NCBI GenBank assembly: GCA_963717505.1
Contig: OY970342.1
Coordinates: 3,744,001 to 3,808,000, forward strand
Length of the DNA stretch: 64,000 bases
Reading direction: 5' to 3'
DNA from: Candidatus Eiseniibacteriota bacterium
GTDB taxonomy: Bacteria > Eisenbacteria > RBG-16-71-46
In this document: piece by piece, positions 51,161-63,034 of the stretch
Numbering within the stretch: position 1 is the first letter of the stretch
Layout: each line of letters starts with the position of its first letter
Made by a program: the position numbers and the translations under genes
Notes under the pieces: model-generated
Databases searched by the model: none
What the model was told of the DNA's origin: nothing
Seen by the model: only the letters and a program-made list of their open reading frames with translations

Positions 51161-52498
51161 ATGCCCCGAACGCGACGTACTGCCCCTCGTGTTTCCCATA
51201 GTGATCGCCTGATCGGTCGGATTGATCGCCGAAGCGCAAGGCTCGGCGTCATTGGACTCGGCTATGTTGGGTTGCCGCTGGCTGTTGAGATGGCCCAGGC
51301 CGGATTCCACGTCACCGGCATCGACATCGATGAGCATCGGGTCCGCGAGCTGCAAAAGGGGCGCTCCTACATCCAGGACGTGCCCACCGCCCAGGTTCGG
51401 AAGCTGGTCAAGGCCGGGCTCCTGACCGCGACCACCGATTTCGGGGTCATCCGGCGGCTGGACACGGTCAACATCTGCGTGCCGACCCCGCTGTCCAAGC
51501 AGCGCGACCCCGACGTGTCCTACATCGTCTCGGCGGCAGGGCAGGTCTCCCGCCACTTCCATCCCGGGATCCTGGTGATCCTCGAGAGCACGACCTACCC
51601 GGGAACGACCGACGAGCTGCTGCTGCCCCTGTTCAGCAAGGGCGGCCTCAAGGTTGGTAAGGACTTCTTCCTCGCCTTCTCGCCCGAGCGCGTCGATCCC
51701 GGCAACCCCCAGTTCAACACCCGGAACATCCCCAAGGTGGTGGGCGGGGTGACCGCCGAGTGCACCCGGGTCGCGGTTCGGCTCTACCGGCAGCGGCTCG
51801 AAACCGTGGTCCCGGTGTCCTCGACCCAGGTGGCCGAGATGGTCAAATTGCTCGAGAACACGTTCCGCAGCGTCAACATCGCGCTGGTGAACGAGCTGGC
51901 GCTGATGTGCAAACGCCTGGGGATCGACGTGTGGGAGGTCATCCGCGCGGCCGGCACCAAGCCGTTCGGCTTCATGCCGTTCTATCCCGGGCCCGGACTC
52001 GGCGGCCACTGCATTCCGATCGATCCGTTCTACCTGTCGTGGAAGGCGCGCGCCTCTGGCTTCGAGGCGCGCTTCATCGAGCTGGCGGGCTACATCAACG
52101 GCCAGATGCCGGAGTACGTGGTCAATCTGGTGGCTGAGGCCCTGAACCACCGTGGGCGCGCGGTGCGCGGCTCGCGGGTTCTGGTGCTCGGCGTCGCCTA
52201 CAAGGCCGACATCGACGACACCCGCGAGAGCCCGTCCCTCGACATCATGGAAACGCTGCGCGAACGGGGTGCCAGGATCGATTACAGCGATCCCTACGTG
52301 CCAACCCTCGAGTTCGCCGGCGCCCGATTGAAGAGCGTGCCGCTGAGCCCCGCGAGCCTGCGGCGCTACGACTGCGTGGTCATCGCGACCGCCCACCGGT
52401 CGTTTCCCTACGGAACCATCGCCCGTTCCTCGCGCGCGATCGTCGACACCCGGAACGCGATGGCCGGTCGGCTCTCGACCAAGATCACCCGGCTCTAG
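51161..52498 (+). CDS. Nucleotide-sugar dehydrogenase (UDP-GlcNAc 6-dehydrogenase, WbpA-like)
   Basis: GLGYVGLP, CVPTP, ESTTYPG, SPERVDPGN, KLLENTFR, GGHCIP. Upstream TTGACC-N18-TAGCGT. Confidence 0.92.
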   Translation: MPRTRRTAPRVSHSDRLIGRIDRRSARLGVIGLGYVGLPLAVEMAQAGFHVTGIDIDEHRVRELQKGRSYIQDVPTAQVRKLVKAGLLTATTDFGVIRRLDTVNICVPTPLSKQRDPDVSYIVSAAGQVSRHFHPGILVILESTTYPGTTDELLLPLFSKGGLKVGKDFFLAFSPERVDPGNPQFNTRNIPKVVGGVTAECTRVAVRLYRQRLETVVPVSSTQVAEMVKLLENTFRSVNIALVNELALMCKRLGIDVWEVIRAAGTKPFGFMPFYPGPGLGGHCIPIDPFYLSWKARASGFEARFIELAGYINGQMPEYVVNLVAEALNHRGRAVRGSRVLVLGVAYKADIDDTRESPSLDIMETLRERGARIDYSDPYVPTLEFAGARLKSVPLSPASLRRYDCVVIATAHRSFPYGTIARSSRAIVDTRNAMAGRLSTKITRL

Positions 52499-54006
52499 GT
52501 CGGGCGCGGGCCGCGCGCGACACGCGACGCCCAGCCCACCGCTCCGAAGCCCGCCATCAGCAGCGCCAGGAACGGCAGCGCGCGGTCGTGTCCCGATCGC
52601 AAGGCCTGAACCGCAAGGGCCAACGCGTAGCCCGCCATCAACCACTCGGCCCACCCTGCACGTCGCGACGCGATTCGCTCCGGGCTCGGGGCCGGCCCCA
52701 CCAGGACGTCCCCGGTCTTGGGCGTCCGCTCGAACCCGGACCTGCCGCGACTGAACGCGCGCAGCACCGCGCGTGCGTTGTTCGCCGACAGACCGACGCC
52801 GAGAATCAGGGCTGCGGCCACGCCGCGCGCGATGGCGCCGGGACGCCGGAAGCCGGCCGCGACCTGGCCGGCGGCGAGGAACAGCAGGACCGGCAGGACC
52901 CCGAACGCCAGGATGCCGGCGTGGAGCCAGGCTCCAAGCACGGATGCGCGGGGCGCTATCGCGTTCATCAGAGGCAGCATCAGCGCCACCAGGACCAGCA
53001 GCAGCGGATAACTCAGGTTGCTGGTCAGGTGGAACACCGACTCGATCTTGGCGCGCAGGGGCCATCCGCTGCGCCACAGGCTCGGCAGGATCTTGAGCGC
53101 GGTCTGGATCGAACCCTGCGTCCAGCGACGCTGCTGCACCTTCAGGGCTTCCATGTCCCCCGGCAGCTCCGCCCGGCACTCGACATCGCCGATGTACGCG
53201 AAGCGCCAGCCGCGGATCTGCGCCCGGTAGCTCAGATCGAGATCCTCGGTCAGCGTCTCGGCCGACCAGCCGCCGGAATCCTCGATGCAGCTTCGCCGCC
53301 AGATGCCCGCGGTGCCGTTGAAGTTGAAGAACAGGCCGGAGCGTGCGCGCGCCTCGTGCTCCAGCAGGAAGTGGGCGTCGAGCATCACCGCCTGAGCTTC
53401 GGTGAGTGACGAGCGCGAGCGGTTCAGGTGTCCCCAGCGCGCCTGCACCATTCCGATCGACGGATCCGCAAGGGACGGCACCAGCCGGCGCAGGAATTCA
53501 CGGGGCGGGACGAAGTCGGCATCGAATACCGCGGTCAGGCTGCCCCGAGCCTCCAGGAGACCGGCAGCCAGTGCTCCGGCCTTGAAACCGGCTCGCTCGC
53601 GCCGGCGCAGGATCACGATGTCGAGGCCCCGCTGCCGATGGTGGGCCACGGCCTCGTCGACCCGTTCCGAGGTCAGGTCGGTCGAATCGTCGAGCACCTG
53701 GATCTCGAGCCGGTCCCGCGGATAGTCGAGTGCTGCCACCGCGTCGATCAACCGCCGCGCGACCGCCGGCTCGTTGTAGAGCGGAAGTTGGACGGTGACC
53801 ACCGGCCAGGGCTCGGCGTCGAGGTTCGTGGCGGTGGAGGCGGGTGGGCGCTGACCGCGGCCGCGCGCCCAACGCCACAGCGTCAGGTAGCGGTGTGAGG
53901 AATAAATGAGGAGCAGGATCTGCGCGAGCGCGTAGCACGCGAGCACCGCGATCGCGAAAAATCCGGTCGCGGGCGAGGCTACGGCGAGGCCTGGGCCGGG
54001 TAACAT
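52495..54006 (-). CDS. Processive GT2 glycosyltransferase (CslA/cellulose-synthase-like)
   Basis: QLPLYNE, DDSTD, FKAGAL, FDADF, TEDLD, QQRRW; TM helices. Confidence 0.9.
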   Translation of the reverse strand: MLPGPGLAVASPATGFFAIAVLACYALAQILLLIYSSHRYLTLWRWARGRGQRPPASTATNLDAEPWPVVTVQLPLYNEPAVARRLIDAVAALDYPRDRLEIQVLDDSTDLTSERVDEAVAHHRQRGLDIVILRRRERAGFKAGALAAGLLEARGSLTAVFDADFVPPREFLRRLVPSLADPSIGMVQARWGHLNRSRSSLTEAQAVMLDAHFLLEHEARARSGLFFNFNGTAGIWRRSCIEDSGGWSAETLTEDLDLSYRAQIRGWRFAYIGDVECRAELPGDMEALKVQQRRWTQGSIQTALKILPSLWRSGWPLRAKIESVFHLTSNLSYPLLLVLVALMLPLMNAIAPRASVLGAWLHAGILAFGVLPVLLFLAAGQVAAGFRRPGAIARGVAAALILGVGLSANNARAVLRAFSRGRSGFERTPKTGDVLVGPAPSPERIASRRAGWAEWLMAGYALALAVQALRSGHDRALPFLALLMAGFGAVGWASRVARGPRPT

Positions 54007-54205
54007 CCCGACACCATACGGCCGAGCCCCCGGTCGGTGACAACAGCGCCGTGGGCAGGGCGGGCGCAGGGGATGACCGACGGCAAGTCGGAGGCGCGCG
54101 CAGCCAGGGATGGCGGAGCGCGCCGAGGCCTTAGCGAAGCGGAGCAGGATGCGGAGCACAGCGTGCCGTCGGTCGTCCCCTGCGCCCGCCCTGTCGTCAA
54201 CGGCC

Positions 54206-56180
<1,975 letters not shown>

Positions 56181-56187
56181 TTACGAA

Positions 56188-56631
56188 CTACGCGACTTTG
56201 ACTTCGATCTCGCGACGCCGGGCCTCCTCGGCCTTGGGCACGCGGACCTCGAGCACCCCATCACGATAGCTGGCCTGCACCTGATCCGCGCGCACCGGCG
56301 TGCCGAGCACGAATGCGCGCTCGAACGCTCCATACACTCGCTCGGTTCGGCGGAAGCCACCCTCCTGCTTGGCCGTCGACTTCTGGCGCTCGCCGCGAAT
56401 CGTGAGCCGGTCCGCGATCACGGTGACCTTGACGTCCTTCGGGTCGAGCCCCGGCAGGTCGGCACGAACTACGAATTCCTCAGCGTTCTCCTCGACGTCG
56501 ACCGGCGGCGCGAACGTCGCCAGGTCGGTCCGGTACGGAATGCGATCGAAGAACTGGTCGAACAGGCGATCCATCGGGTCCTGAACGCCGGCGATTTCCC
56601 GCTGCGGACTCCAGCGAATGAGCGACATCAT
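56188..56631 (-). CDS. Hsp20/alpha-crystallin small heat-shock protein
   Basis: P.DV.E, ADLPG, ER.YG.F.R, A.Y.DGVL.V.VPK; GGAGG RBS. Confidence 0.95.
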   Translation of the reverse strand: MMSLIRWSPQREIAGVQDPMDRLFDQFFDRIPYRTDLATFAPPVDVEENAEEFVVRADLPGLDPKDVKVTVIADRLTIRGERQKSTAKQEGGFRRTERVYGAFERAFVLGTPVRADQVQASYRDGVLEVRVPKAEEARRREIEVKVA

Positions 56632-56690
56632 CCTACCTCCTCGGACTTGATCGTGTGCATGCGCGGCCTCTCGTCTGCGGGATGAGACAC

Positions 56691-56706
56691 TGCACCCGGC
56701 GTGCCA
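56691..56706 (-). promoter_or_regulatory. Putative sigma54 (-24/-12) promoter of hsp20-dnaK
   Basis: TGGCACGCCGGGTGCA versus consensus TGGCACG-N4-TTGC(A/T): one mismatch, exact GG/GC spacing. Confidence 0.55.
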
Positions 56707-56897
56707 CGGCAAACGGAGCGCCAAAGCGCCATGAATGTTGAGGTTGACGCCCGCCGGACCGTTCCGCTTAGCGCGCGACTCGTGACGGCCGTTTCACCTC
56801 GAACCACGATCGGTTCAACACGAAACAACGCGGCGACGCGATGTGAAACGATTGCGCGTCGCCCGGGTGGGCGAACATCTGCTAGGGTTCGCGACCC

Positions 56898-57920
56898 ATG
56901 CGGATCAGCGCGTTCCTGCCGCACCTCGGCGTCTTTGGCGGCGTGCGGCGCTACCTCGAGCTGGGCAATGCCTGGATCGCCCAGGGACACGAGGTCACGT
57001 TGTTCCATCCCCAGGGCTCGCCCCCGGCGTGGCTGAGGTTCCAGGGCGCGACCGCGCCTCTGTCGTCGGCCCAGCGCGTCTCGGCTGACGCCGCGTTCTG
57101 CGGCGACCCGCACACGTTCTCGGCGTTCCGGAAGCATCCGGCTTCGATCCACATCTACTATTGTGTCCTGGAGCGAGACCCCGGGCTGCCGGGCGCCCTG
57201 GCCGACCCGGGCGTTCATCTGGCCGCCAACTCGAGCGTGCTGCGCCAGCAGATCGCACGCCGCGCTCGCCGTCCGGTGCTCGACGGCATCGGGGGGATCG
57301 ACACCGCGCGCTTTCGTCCGCCGGTCGGCGCGCGGCCCGAGGCGCTGTTTCGGGTGCTGGTCAACGGGCGCAGATCCCGCCCCAAGAAGGGCACCGACCT
57401 GGTGCTGGCCGCGCTCCGCTCTCTCGAACACCGGTTCGCGTTCGAAACCGTCCTGTTCGACAGCCTGGACCCGCTCAGGCCCGAGGATCCGCGATCGGGG
57501 GCTCAGGTCCCCCGGCGCACCCGCTGGGTCATCGATCCGAGCCAGGACGAGTTGCTCGCGCTCTATCAGACGTCGCACATCTTCGTCGCCGCCGAGCGCA
57601 AGGCCGGCTGGTGCAACACCGCGCTCGAGGCCATGGCCTGTGGCGCTGCCGTGGTGTGCACGCGCAGCGGCACCACCGACTTCGCGCGCCACGGCGAAAC
57701 CGCACTCCTCTCCTGGCGCCACCCCTGGTTCCTGCGACGCGCGATCGCCCGGCTGATTCGCGACCGCGACCTGCGCGAACGCTTGAGTCGCGCGGGCCCC
57801 AAGGCCGCGGCCCCGTGGTCATGGAATCTGCTCGCAGCTCGACTGGCTACCCAGATCGAATCCCTGCGCGCCGGGTCCGAGGCTGCCCCTCCTCCGACGG
57901 TCAGAGACGCGGCAGGGTGA
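56898..57920 (+). CDS. GT4 family glycosyltransferase
   Basis: [18 protein letters not shown]; GT-B pattern. Confidence 0.88.
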   Translation: MRISAFLPHLGVFGGVRRYLELGNAWIAQGHEVTLFHPQGSPPAWLRFQGATAPLSSAQRVSADAAFCGDPHTFSAFRKHPASIHIYYCVLERDPGLPGALADPGVHLAANSSVLRQQIARRARRPVLDGIGGIDTARFRPPVGARPEALFRVLVNGRRSRPKKGTDLVLAALRSLEHRFAFETVLFDSLDPLRPEDPRSGAQVPRRTRWVIDPSQDELLALYQTSHIFVAAERKAGWCNTALEAMACGAAVVCTRSGTTDFARHGETALLSWRHPWFLRRAIARLIRDRDLRERLSRAGPKAAAPWSWNLLAARLATQIESLRAGSEAAPPPTVRDAAG

Positions 57921-58455
57921 TGCCCTGCTGGGCCTGGTACTTGCCGGCCTTGTCGCGGTACGAGACCTCGCAAGGTTCGTCGCTTTCGAAGAACAACACC
58001 TGGGCGATGCCCTCATTGGCATAGACCTTGGCTGGCAGCGGCGTGGTGTTGCTGATCTCCAGCGTGACGTAGCCTTCCCATTCGGGCTCGAACGGGGTGA
58101 CGTTGGTGATGATCCCGCAGCGCGCATAGGTCGACTTCCCGACGCACGCGCACAAAACGTTTCGTGGCACCCGGAAGTACTCGACCGTGCGCCCGAGGGC
58201 GAACGAGTTCGGCGGGATGATCGCCACCGGTCCTTTGAAGTCGACCATCGATCCCGGATCCATCCCCTTGGGATCGACGATGGTCGAGTTGACGTTGGTG
58301 AAGATCTTGAATTCGTCCGCGATGCGGATGTCGTAGCCGTACGACGAGACCCCGTAGGAAATGACCCCCTCGCGGACCTGCTTCTCGACGAACGGTTCGA
58401 TCATGCGGTGCTCGATACACATCTTGCGAATCCAGCGGTCGGCTTTGATCGACAT
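57901..58455 (-). CDS. dcd: dCTP deaminase
   Basis: [37 protein letters not shown]. Confidence 0.97.
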   Translation of the reverse strand: MSIKADRWIRKMCIEHRMIEPFVEKQVREGVISYGVSSYGYDIRIADEFKIFTNVNSTIVDPKGMDPGSMVDFKGPVAIIPPNSFALGRTVEYFRVPRNVLCACVGKSTYARCGIITNVTPFEPEWEGYVTLEISNTTPLPAKVYANEGIAQVLFFESDEPCEVSYRDKAGKYQAQQGITLPRL

Positions 58456-58468
58456 GAGTTCTCCCGAA

Positions 58469-58999
58469 TCAGGTTGAGAAACGCCCCAGCAGTCTCAGCG
58501 CGTGACCGAGCTCCGGAAGCAGCAACGTGCGAATGCCCAGCGCGATCGCATCCGGCGCGCCGGGAAGCAGAACCACCAGACGCCCGTGCGCGACTCCGGC
58601 CAGCGCCCGCGACAGCCACGCGGCCTCGCCGATCTGTTGCACCGAGCGCGCCCGGAATCGTTCTCCGAATCCCGGCAGCTCGCGCTCGAGCACCGGACGG
58701 ACCGCCTCGGGAGACACATCGCGCGGCGCAAGCCCGGTGCCGCCGGTCAGCACCACGAGGTCGATGGCGGGATCGCGCAGCGCCGCGCGCAGCGCCGCGC
58801 GGATTCCGGGCACCCGGTCGTGCGACCACGCGCGCCGGCGGACCGAGTGGCCGCCTCGGGTCAACAGCCGCACCAGCAGGTCGCCCCCCGGGTCGGATCC
58901 CGGACCGCGGGTATCGCTGCACGTGATGACCGCGCAACCCGCCGGCCGCGGCGCTCGCCCGGCATGCGCCGCGCGGCGAATTCGACGTCGAGTCGTCAC
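58469..58999 (-). CDS. moaB: MoaB/MogA molybdenum cofactor biosynthesis protein
   Basis: VITCSD, D..G, TGGTG..PRDV.PEA, PGFGE.FR, LSRA.AG, LPG. Confidence 0.85.
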   Translation of the reverse strand: MTTRRRIRRAAHAGRAPRPAGCAVITCSDTRGPGSDPGGDLLVRLLTRGGHSVRRRAWSHDRVPGIRAALRAALRDPAIDLVVLTGGTGLAPRDVSPEAVRPVLERELPGFGERFRARSVQQIGEAAWLSRALAGVAHGRLVVLLPGAPDAIALGIRTLLLPELGHALRLLGRFST

Positions 59000-59634
59000 G
59001 CGGCCGACTCCACCGCGTGCGCCACTCGGGACGCGACGACGTCGAATGCGCGCATCCAGATCTCGGGCTCGACCAGGGGTTGCTCGCGCAACACGGCCGG
59101 CTCGGGCTCCCAGTGGCCTGGGTCCGACCCCGCCGGCACATTCGATCGCGCCAGGTCCGCGAGCTCGCCGAGCGTCAGAATCTCCGGCCCGGCGATTTCG
59201 TACCATCCTGAGTCCGGCCCTGCGCCCGCAGCCACGCGACGCACCAGGGTCACGAAGTCGCGTTCGAGCACCGGCTGAAGTGGACGGCTGCCGAGTCGCC
59301 CGGGGCCCTCGCGCGCCAGTCGCAGCCACAAGGGAGAACTCCCGCCGACCAGGGGCGCCGAGCGCAACACCAGGGTCGGAAAGCCGGAAGCCCGACAGGC
59401 CTCTTCGATGCGCCACGATCGGCGCAGCACCGGAGAGCGGGCGTCGGGATGGGTGCCGATCCACCCGAAGACCAGCCAGCGAGCGGGGCGTGAATCAGTC
59501 CGGCGAATCCGTTCGAGAACTCGCTCGGCCTCCGGCTCATCGGCCGTTGGCTCGATCACTCCGATCCTCGAAGCGTCGAGCGCGCTCCGGGCTTCGGCCG
59601 CCGCCAACAGACGCGTCACCCACGTTCCGCTCAC
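58996..59634 (-). CDS. Degenerate atypical-SDR-like protein lacking the N-terminal Gly-rich motif
   Basis: IEE..RASG...LVLR...VG, QPV..RD, YEIAGPEILTL.EL; translationally coupled on both sides. Confidence 0.6.
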   Translation of the reverse strand: MSGTWVTRLLAAAEARSALDASRIGVIEPTADEPEAERVLERIRRTDSRPARWLVFGWIGTHPDARSPVLRRSWRIEEACRASGFPTLVLRSAPLVGGSSPLWLRLAREGPGRLGSRPLQPVLERDFVTLVRRVAAGAGPDSGWYEIAGPEILTLGELADLARSNVPAGSDPGHWEPEPAVLREQPLVEPEIWMRAFDVVASRVAHAVESAA

Positions 59635-60689
59635 TCGGCCCCCACGTCCGCCAGCGTCCGATCGAGCTGACGCCGGTGCGATGCATCGTGTTCGCTCCAG
59701 CCGCGCACCATGTTCGCGAGTGTCAGCGGCCCACGGAGGCTGTGGAACGCGAGACGATCCCATTCGCGAGGCCCTGCGGGCTCGAGCCTGGCCACCAGCC
59801 GGCGACGCAGCCCGGTCCACGCCTCGAGTGCGGCTCCCGGTTCGAGCGCCGCGTACGAGGACACGCGCTCGTCGCGCGTCAGATCGACGTCGGCGATGGC
59901 GGGCTCGTGCTCGGTCTCGAGGCGCTCGACCCGCGGTATGTAGACGTCGCGGTCGGCATCGCGCAGGTGGGCGAGGATTTCGAGCGCCGACCAGCGCGTC
60001 GGTTCCGGTCGACGCCGCAATGCGTCCGGCGTCACGTCGCGAATTCGGGCGGCAGCCACGATGGGCGCATCCGCGAGAGCCTGGATCCGCACCCGCCATT
60101 CGCTGTGGGTCATCGGCGGTGATGCGGCGAAGGCGTGTCCGCGATCGTCCCCGACGAACGGATGCGGCCGGGAGAATCCGCGCCTGAGGTAGCTCTGCGC
60201 CAGCTCGGCGTAGTGGCGTGCACCCTCGGCGATCGCGGCGCGATGGTGCTCGCGCACCGACCCGACGACGCGCGCCGGTGATCCGATCACGAGCGAGTCC
60301 GGGGGCGCCTGGAACCCTTCGGTGACCAGTGCGGCCGCCCCGACCAGCGAGCCGCGACCGATGCGCGCTCCGGACAGGACCACCGCGCCCATGCCGATCA
60401 GGCAGTCGTCCTCGATCACGCAACCGTGCACCAGGGCGCGATGTCCGACGGTGACCCGCGCGCCCAGGTCGGCCGGCAGCCCGGCGTCCTCGTGCACCAC
60501 CGACAGGTCCTGGATGTTCGTGTTCTCCCCGATCCGCACCGGTGCACTGTCGCCGCGAATGACCGAGTTGAACCAGACGCTGGCCCCGCGCCCGAGCGTC
60601 ACGTCGCCGACCACCACCGCACCGGGGGCGACGAACGCCGTCGGATCGAAGCGCAATCGCGCCGACCAGTTCGTGGTGTTTTCGCTCAT
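59631..60689 (-). CDS. Gamma-carbonic-anhydrase-like (YrdA/PaaY) domain fused to a DinB domain
   Basis: Hexapeptide repeats RGD..NIQD..H..VGH..HGC, then WSALEILAHLRD..HDASH. Confidence 0.85.
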   Translation of the reverse strand: MSENTTNWSARLRFDPTAFVAPGAVVVGDVTLGRGASVWFNSVIRGDSAPVRIGENTNIQDLSVVHEDAGLPADLGARVTVGHRALVHGCVIEDDCLIGMGAVVLSGARIGRGSLVGAAALVTEGFQAPPDSLVIGSPARVVGSVREHHRAAIAEGARHYAELAQSYLRRGFSRPHPFVGDDRGHAFAASPPMTHSEWRVRIQALADAPIVAAARIRDVTPDALRRRPEPTRWSALEILAHLRDADRDVYIPRVERLETEHEPAIADVDLTRDERVSSYAALEPGAALEAWTGLRRRLVARLEPAGPREWDRLAFHSLRGPLTLANMVRGWSEHDASHRRQLDRTLADVGAE

Positions 60690-61330
60690 GCGAAGCGCGC
60701 CGACTCGCCCACGAAGGGATTGTGCAGCCGCTCGCGCCCGATCGTGGTCGCCGGACCGTGGCCGGTATGCACCCGAACCGAATCACCGAGCGGGAAGAGC
60801 CGGGTGCGAATCGAATGCTCGAGCGCCTCGAACGAGCCCCCCGGCAGGTCGGTGCGGCCGATCGAACCGGCGAACAGCGTGTCGCCGGCCCACAGCTCGC
60901 CGTTCCAGCGGAAACAGACGCCGCCGGGGGAGTGTCCGGGCGTGTGCAGAACCTCGAGCGATTCATCGCCGAGTGCGATCTGTTGCCGGTCCACCAGGTC
61001 GTGGATCGGGGACGGCGCCCCGGCCGGCGGAAAGCCGAACATCGCGCCCTGCTCGCTCAGGCGATCGAGCAGCGGCCGGTCGCCGGGGTGCAGCCAGTAC
61101 TCGCCGCCCAGGTCGTCCTGGACCTGCTTCATTCCCGCCGCATGGTCGTAGTGCGCGTGCGTGTTGAGCAGGAGCCGCACCTCGAGCCCCGCCTGGCGCA
61201 CGGCGCGGATCACGGCCTCGGGCTCGAACCCGACGTCGACGATCGCGGTCGCGCGGGTGCGCTCGCAGGTGATCAGGTACGTGTTGTTGTCGAGCGGGCC
61301 GAGGTGGAGCGTGTGGTGGATCAGGGGCAT
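60686..61330 (-). CDS. MBL-fold hydrolase (glyoxalase II/YcbL-like)
   Basis: THAHYDH, HTPGHSPG, GDTLF.GSIGRTDLPGG, GHG. Confidence 0.92.
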   Translation of the reverse strand: MPLIHHTLHLGPLDNNTYLITCERTRATAIVDVGFEPEAVIRAVRQAGLEVRLLLNTHAHYDHAAGMKQVQDDLGGEYWLHPGDRPLLDRLSEQGAMFGFPPAGAPSPIHDLVDRQQIALGDESLEVLHTPGHSPGGVCFRWNGELWAGDTLFAGSIGRTDLPGGSFEALEHSIRTRLFPLGDSVRVHTGHGPATTIGRERLHNPFVGESARFA

Positions 61331-61402
61331 TTCGAGGCACGCTACGCAGTGCGCGCGTGGTCCGTCAAGATCCGCGTCGCCCCGGCGAAACCGGGCCGCA
61401 GC

Positions 61403-63034
61403 TCAGAACGCCTGGCTCGATCCGAACGAGAAGACCGGTTCGCGGACGCCGTCGCGCGACGGCTCGATCGGCCACGCGATGTCGACGCGCAACACGTTGC
61501 CGATCGTCCAGCCTGGCGCGTTGAAACGCAGGCCGGTCCCGCCGTTCAAGAACCACTCCGAACCCCCGGAGCCGGCCCCCCACGCGCGCGCCGCGTCGGC
61601 AAAGGCCACCAGTCCGAGGCCCATGTATCCGCCGATTCGCTCGCCCAGCAGCAGGCGGTGCTCGGCGTTCAGGCGCCAGCCGCGCCGGCCGGTGACCGCC
61701 TGCACCGAATAGGCGCGCAGACCGTTCAAGCCGCCCCACACGATCTGGTAGTCGCGATCCATGTTGAGGCCGGCGATTCCGAGTGCCGCGACCACCAGCG
61801 TCTGCCGGGGCAAGGCCTGGCTGACCCAACGCGCCTCGGCTTCGAGCTGGGTCTCGACCGGACTGGTGCGCAGGCGGCTCGTGACCCGGCCTCGCGCCGT
61901 GGCATAGCCGCGCGGCAGGCGCTGGCCGCGGTCGAGCCGGATCGCGGCCCAGCCCTCCTCCTCGCCGCCGAACCAACCGGGCGCGTAGCCGCCTTCGAGT
62001 TCCAGCGACGTGCCCAGGTCGACGTCCTCGATCACCGCGATCTGATCCACGTTGCGGGGTTCGATGTAATTCGGCCGCCAGACGCGCAGCGCCGCCGAGC
62101 CGCGTCGCACTCGGCGACTCTCTTCACCGCCTTCGAATTCAGGAGGCAGCGGCGCGAACGCCACGGTCGGGCCCAGCCGCTTGTCCTGGAAGAACAGTCC
62201 GAGCCGGATCCGGCGGATCACGGAATCGCGCCAGCCCCCCGTCCCCCACCACAACTCGGCTTCCTCGAGCTTTTGATTGATGCGGGCGACTTCCGCGCCG
62301 CGCTCGTAGAGCACGACGTCCGAGGTGATTCTCCGCCACGCGGCGCCGTACGAGCGCGGCGTAGCGAGCGCGTAGTACGGCACGCCGAGCCAGAACGCGC
62401 TCGAAGCACCGCCCCGGCCGGTGCCGGCCTGGAGCTGGAGGCGGACCCGCGAGCCAAGCACCCCGGGGTCGGAGTAGAAGACCGACCGACTGACTCCGAC
62501 CGGATCGTGACGCCAGGCGACCGTGACGAACTTCCCGAAGCCCAGCAGGTTCTTCTCGCTGAACGCGATCGAGCCATAGCGCTTGCCGCCGGAGGTCTCG
62601 AAGTTGAATTCGGGCGAGGTCGTCCACAGGTCGCGGGTGACCACGCGGACGTCCACCGAGTCGCCGGCACGATGAGCCGAGACGTCGAGCGGGTCCAGGA
62701 AGCGCAGCGCTCGCAGATTGCGCGCCTGTTCACGGCCCCGTTCGGTGTTCCACGCGTCGCCCTCGCGGAACAGGAGCTGTTCGCGAATGGTGTGCACTCT
62801 CGTCTTGAAGTGAAGGCGGTTGGCGATGCTGTAGAAACCCGAGAGGCCCCCCTCGGGAACCGGCTCGAAGATGTTGAGCGGCTCGATGACCAGGCTCCGG
62901 ATCGGCAGGCCGTCGAGGCTGTCAGCCTCGGCCTTCGGCTGCGCGTGCGCCGGCCCGGCGCACGCGGCGATCACGACCGCAAGAAAGATCGCGGTGTGAG
63001 GGTCAGCGCCGCCGGGTCGAGCCCAGACGCTCAC
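61403..63034 (-). CDS. Omp85/BamA-TamA-like outer-membrane protein
   Basis: POTRA-like region (IREQLLFREGD..RNLR), NLLG.G, LRAY, C-terminal FSFGSSQAF. Confidence 0.75.
   Translation of the reverse strand: MSVWARPGGADPHTAIFLAVVIAACAGPAHAQPKAEADSLDGLPIRSLVIEPLNIFEPVPEGGLSGFYSIANRLHFKTRVHTIREQLLFREGDAWNTERGREQARNLRALRFLDPLDVSAHRAGDSVDVRVVTRDLWTTSPEFNFETSGGKRYGSIAFSEKNLLGFGKFVTVAWRHDPVGVSRSVFYSDPGVLGSRVRLQLQAGTGRGGASSAFWLGVPYYALATPRSYGAAWRRITSDVVLYERGAEVARINQKLEEAELWWGTGGWRDSVIRRIRLGLFFQDKRLGPTVAFAPLPPEFEGGEESRRVRRGSAALRVWRPNYIEPRNVDQIAVIEDVDLGTSLELEGGYAPGWFGGEEEGWAAIRLDRGQRLPRGYATARGRVTSRLRTSPVETQLEAEARWVSQALPRQTLVVAALGIAGLNMDRDYQIVWGGLNGLRAYSVQAVTGRRGWRLNAEHRLLLGERIGGYMGLGLVAFADAARAWGAGSGGSEWFLNGGTGLRFNAPGWTIGNVLRVDIAWPIEPSRDGVREPVFSFGSSQAF

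Noticed and set aside
56761-56790. CIRCE element before hsp20-dnaK
   Set aside because: TTAGCGCGC only partly matches TTAGCACTC, and the second arm is absent.
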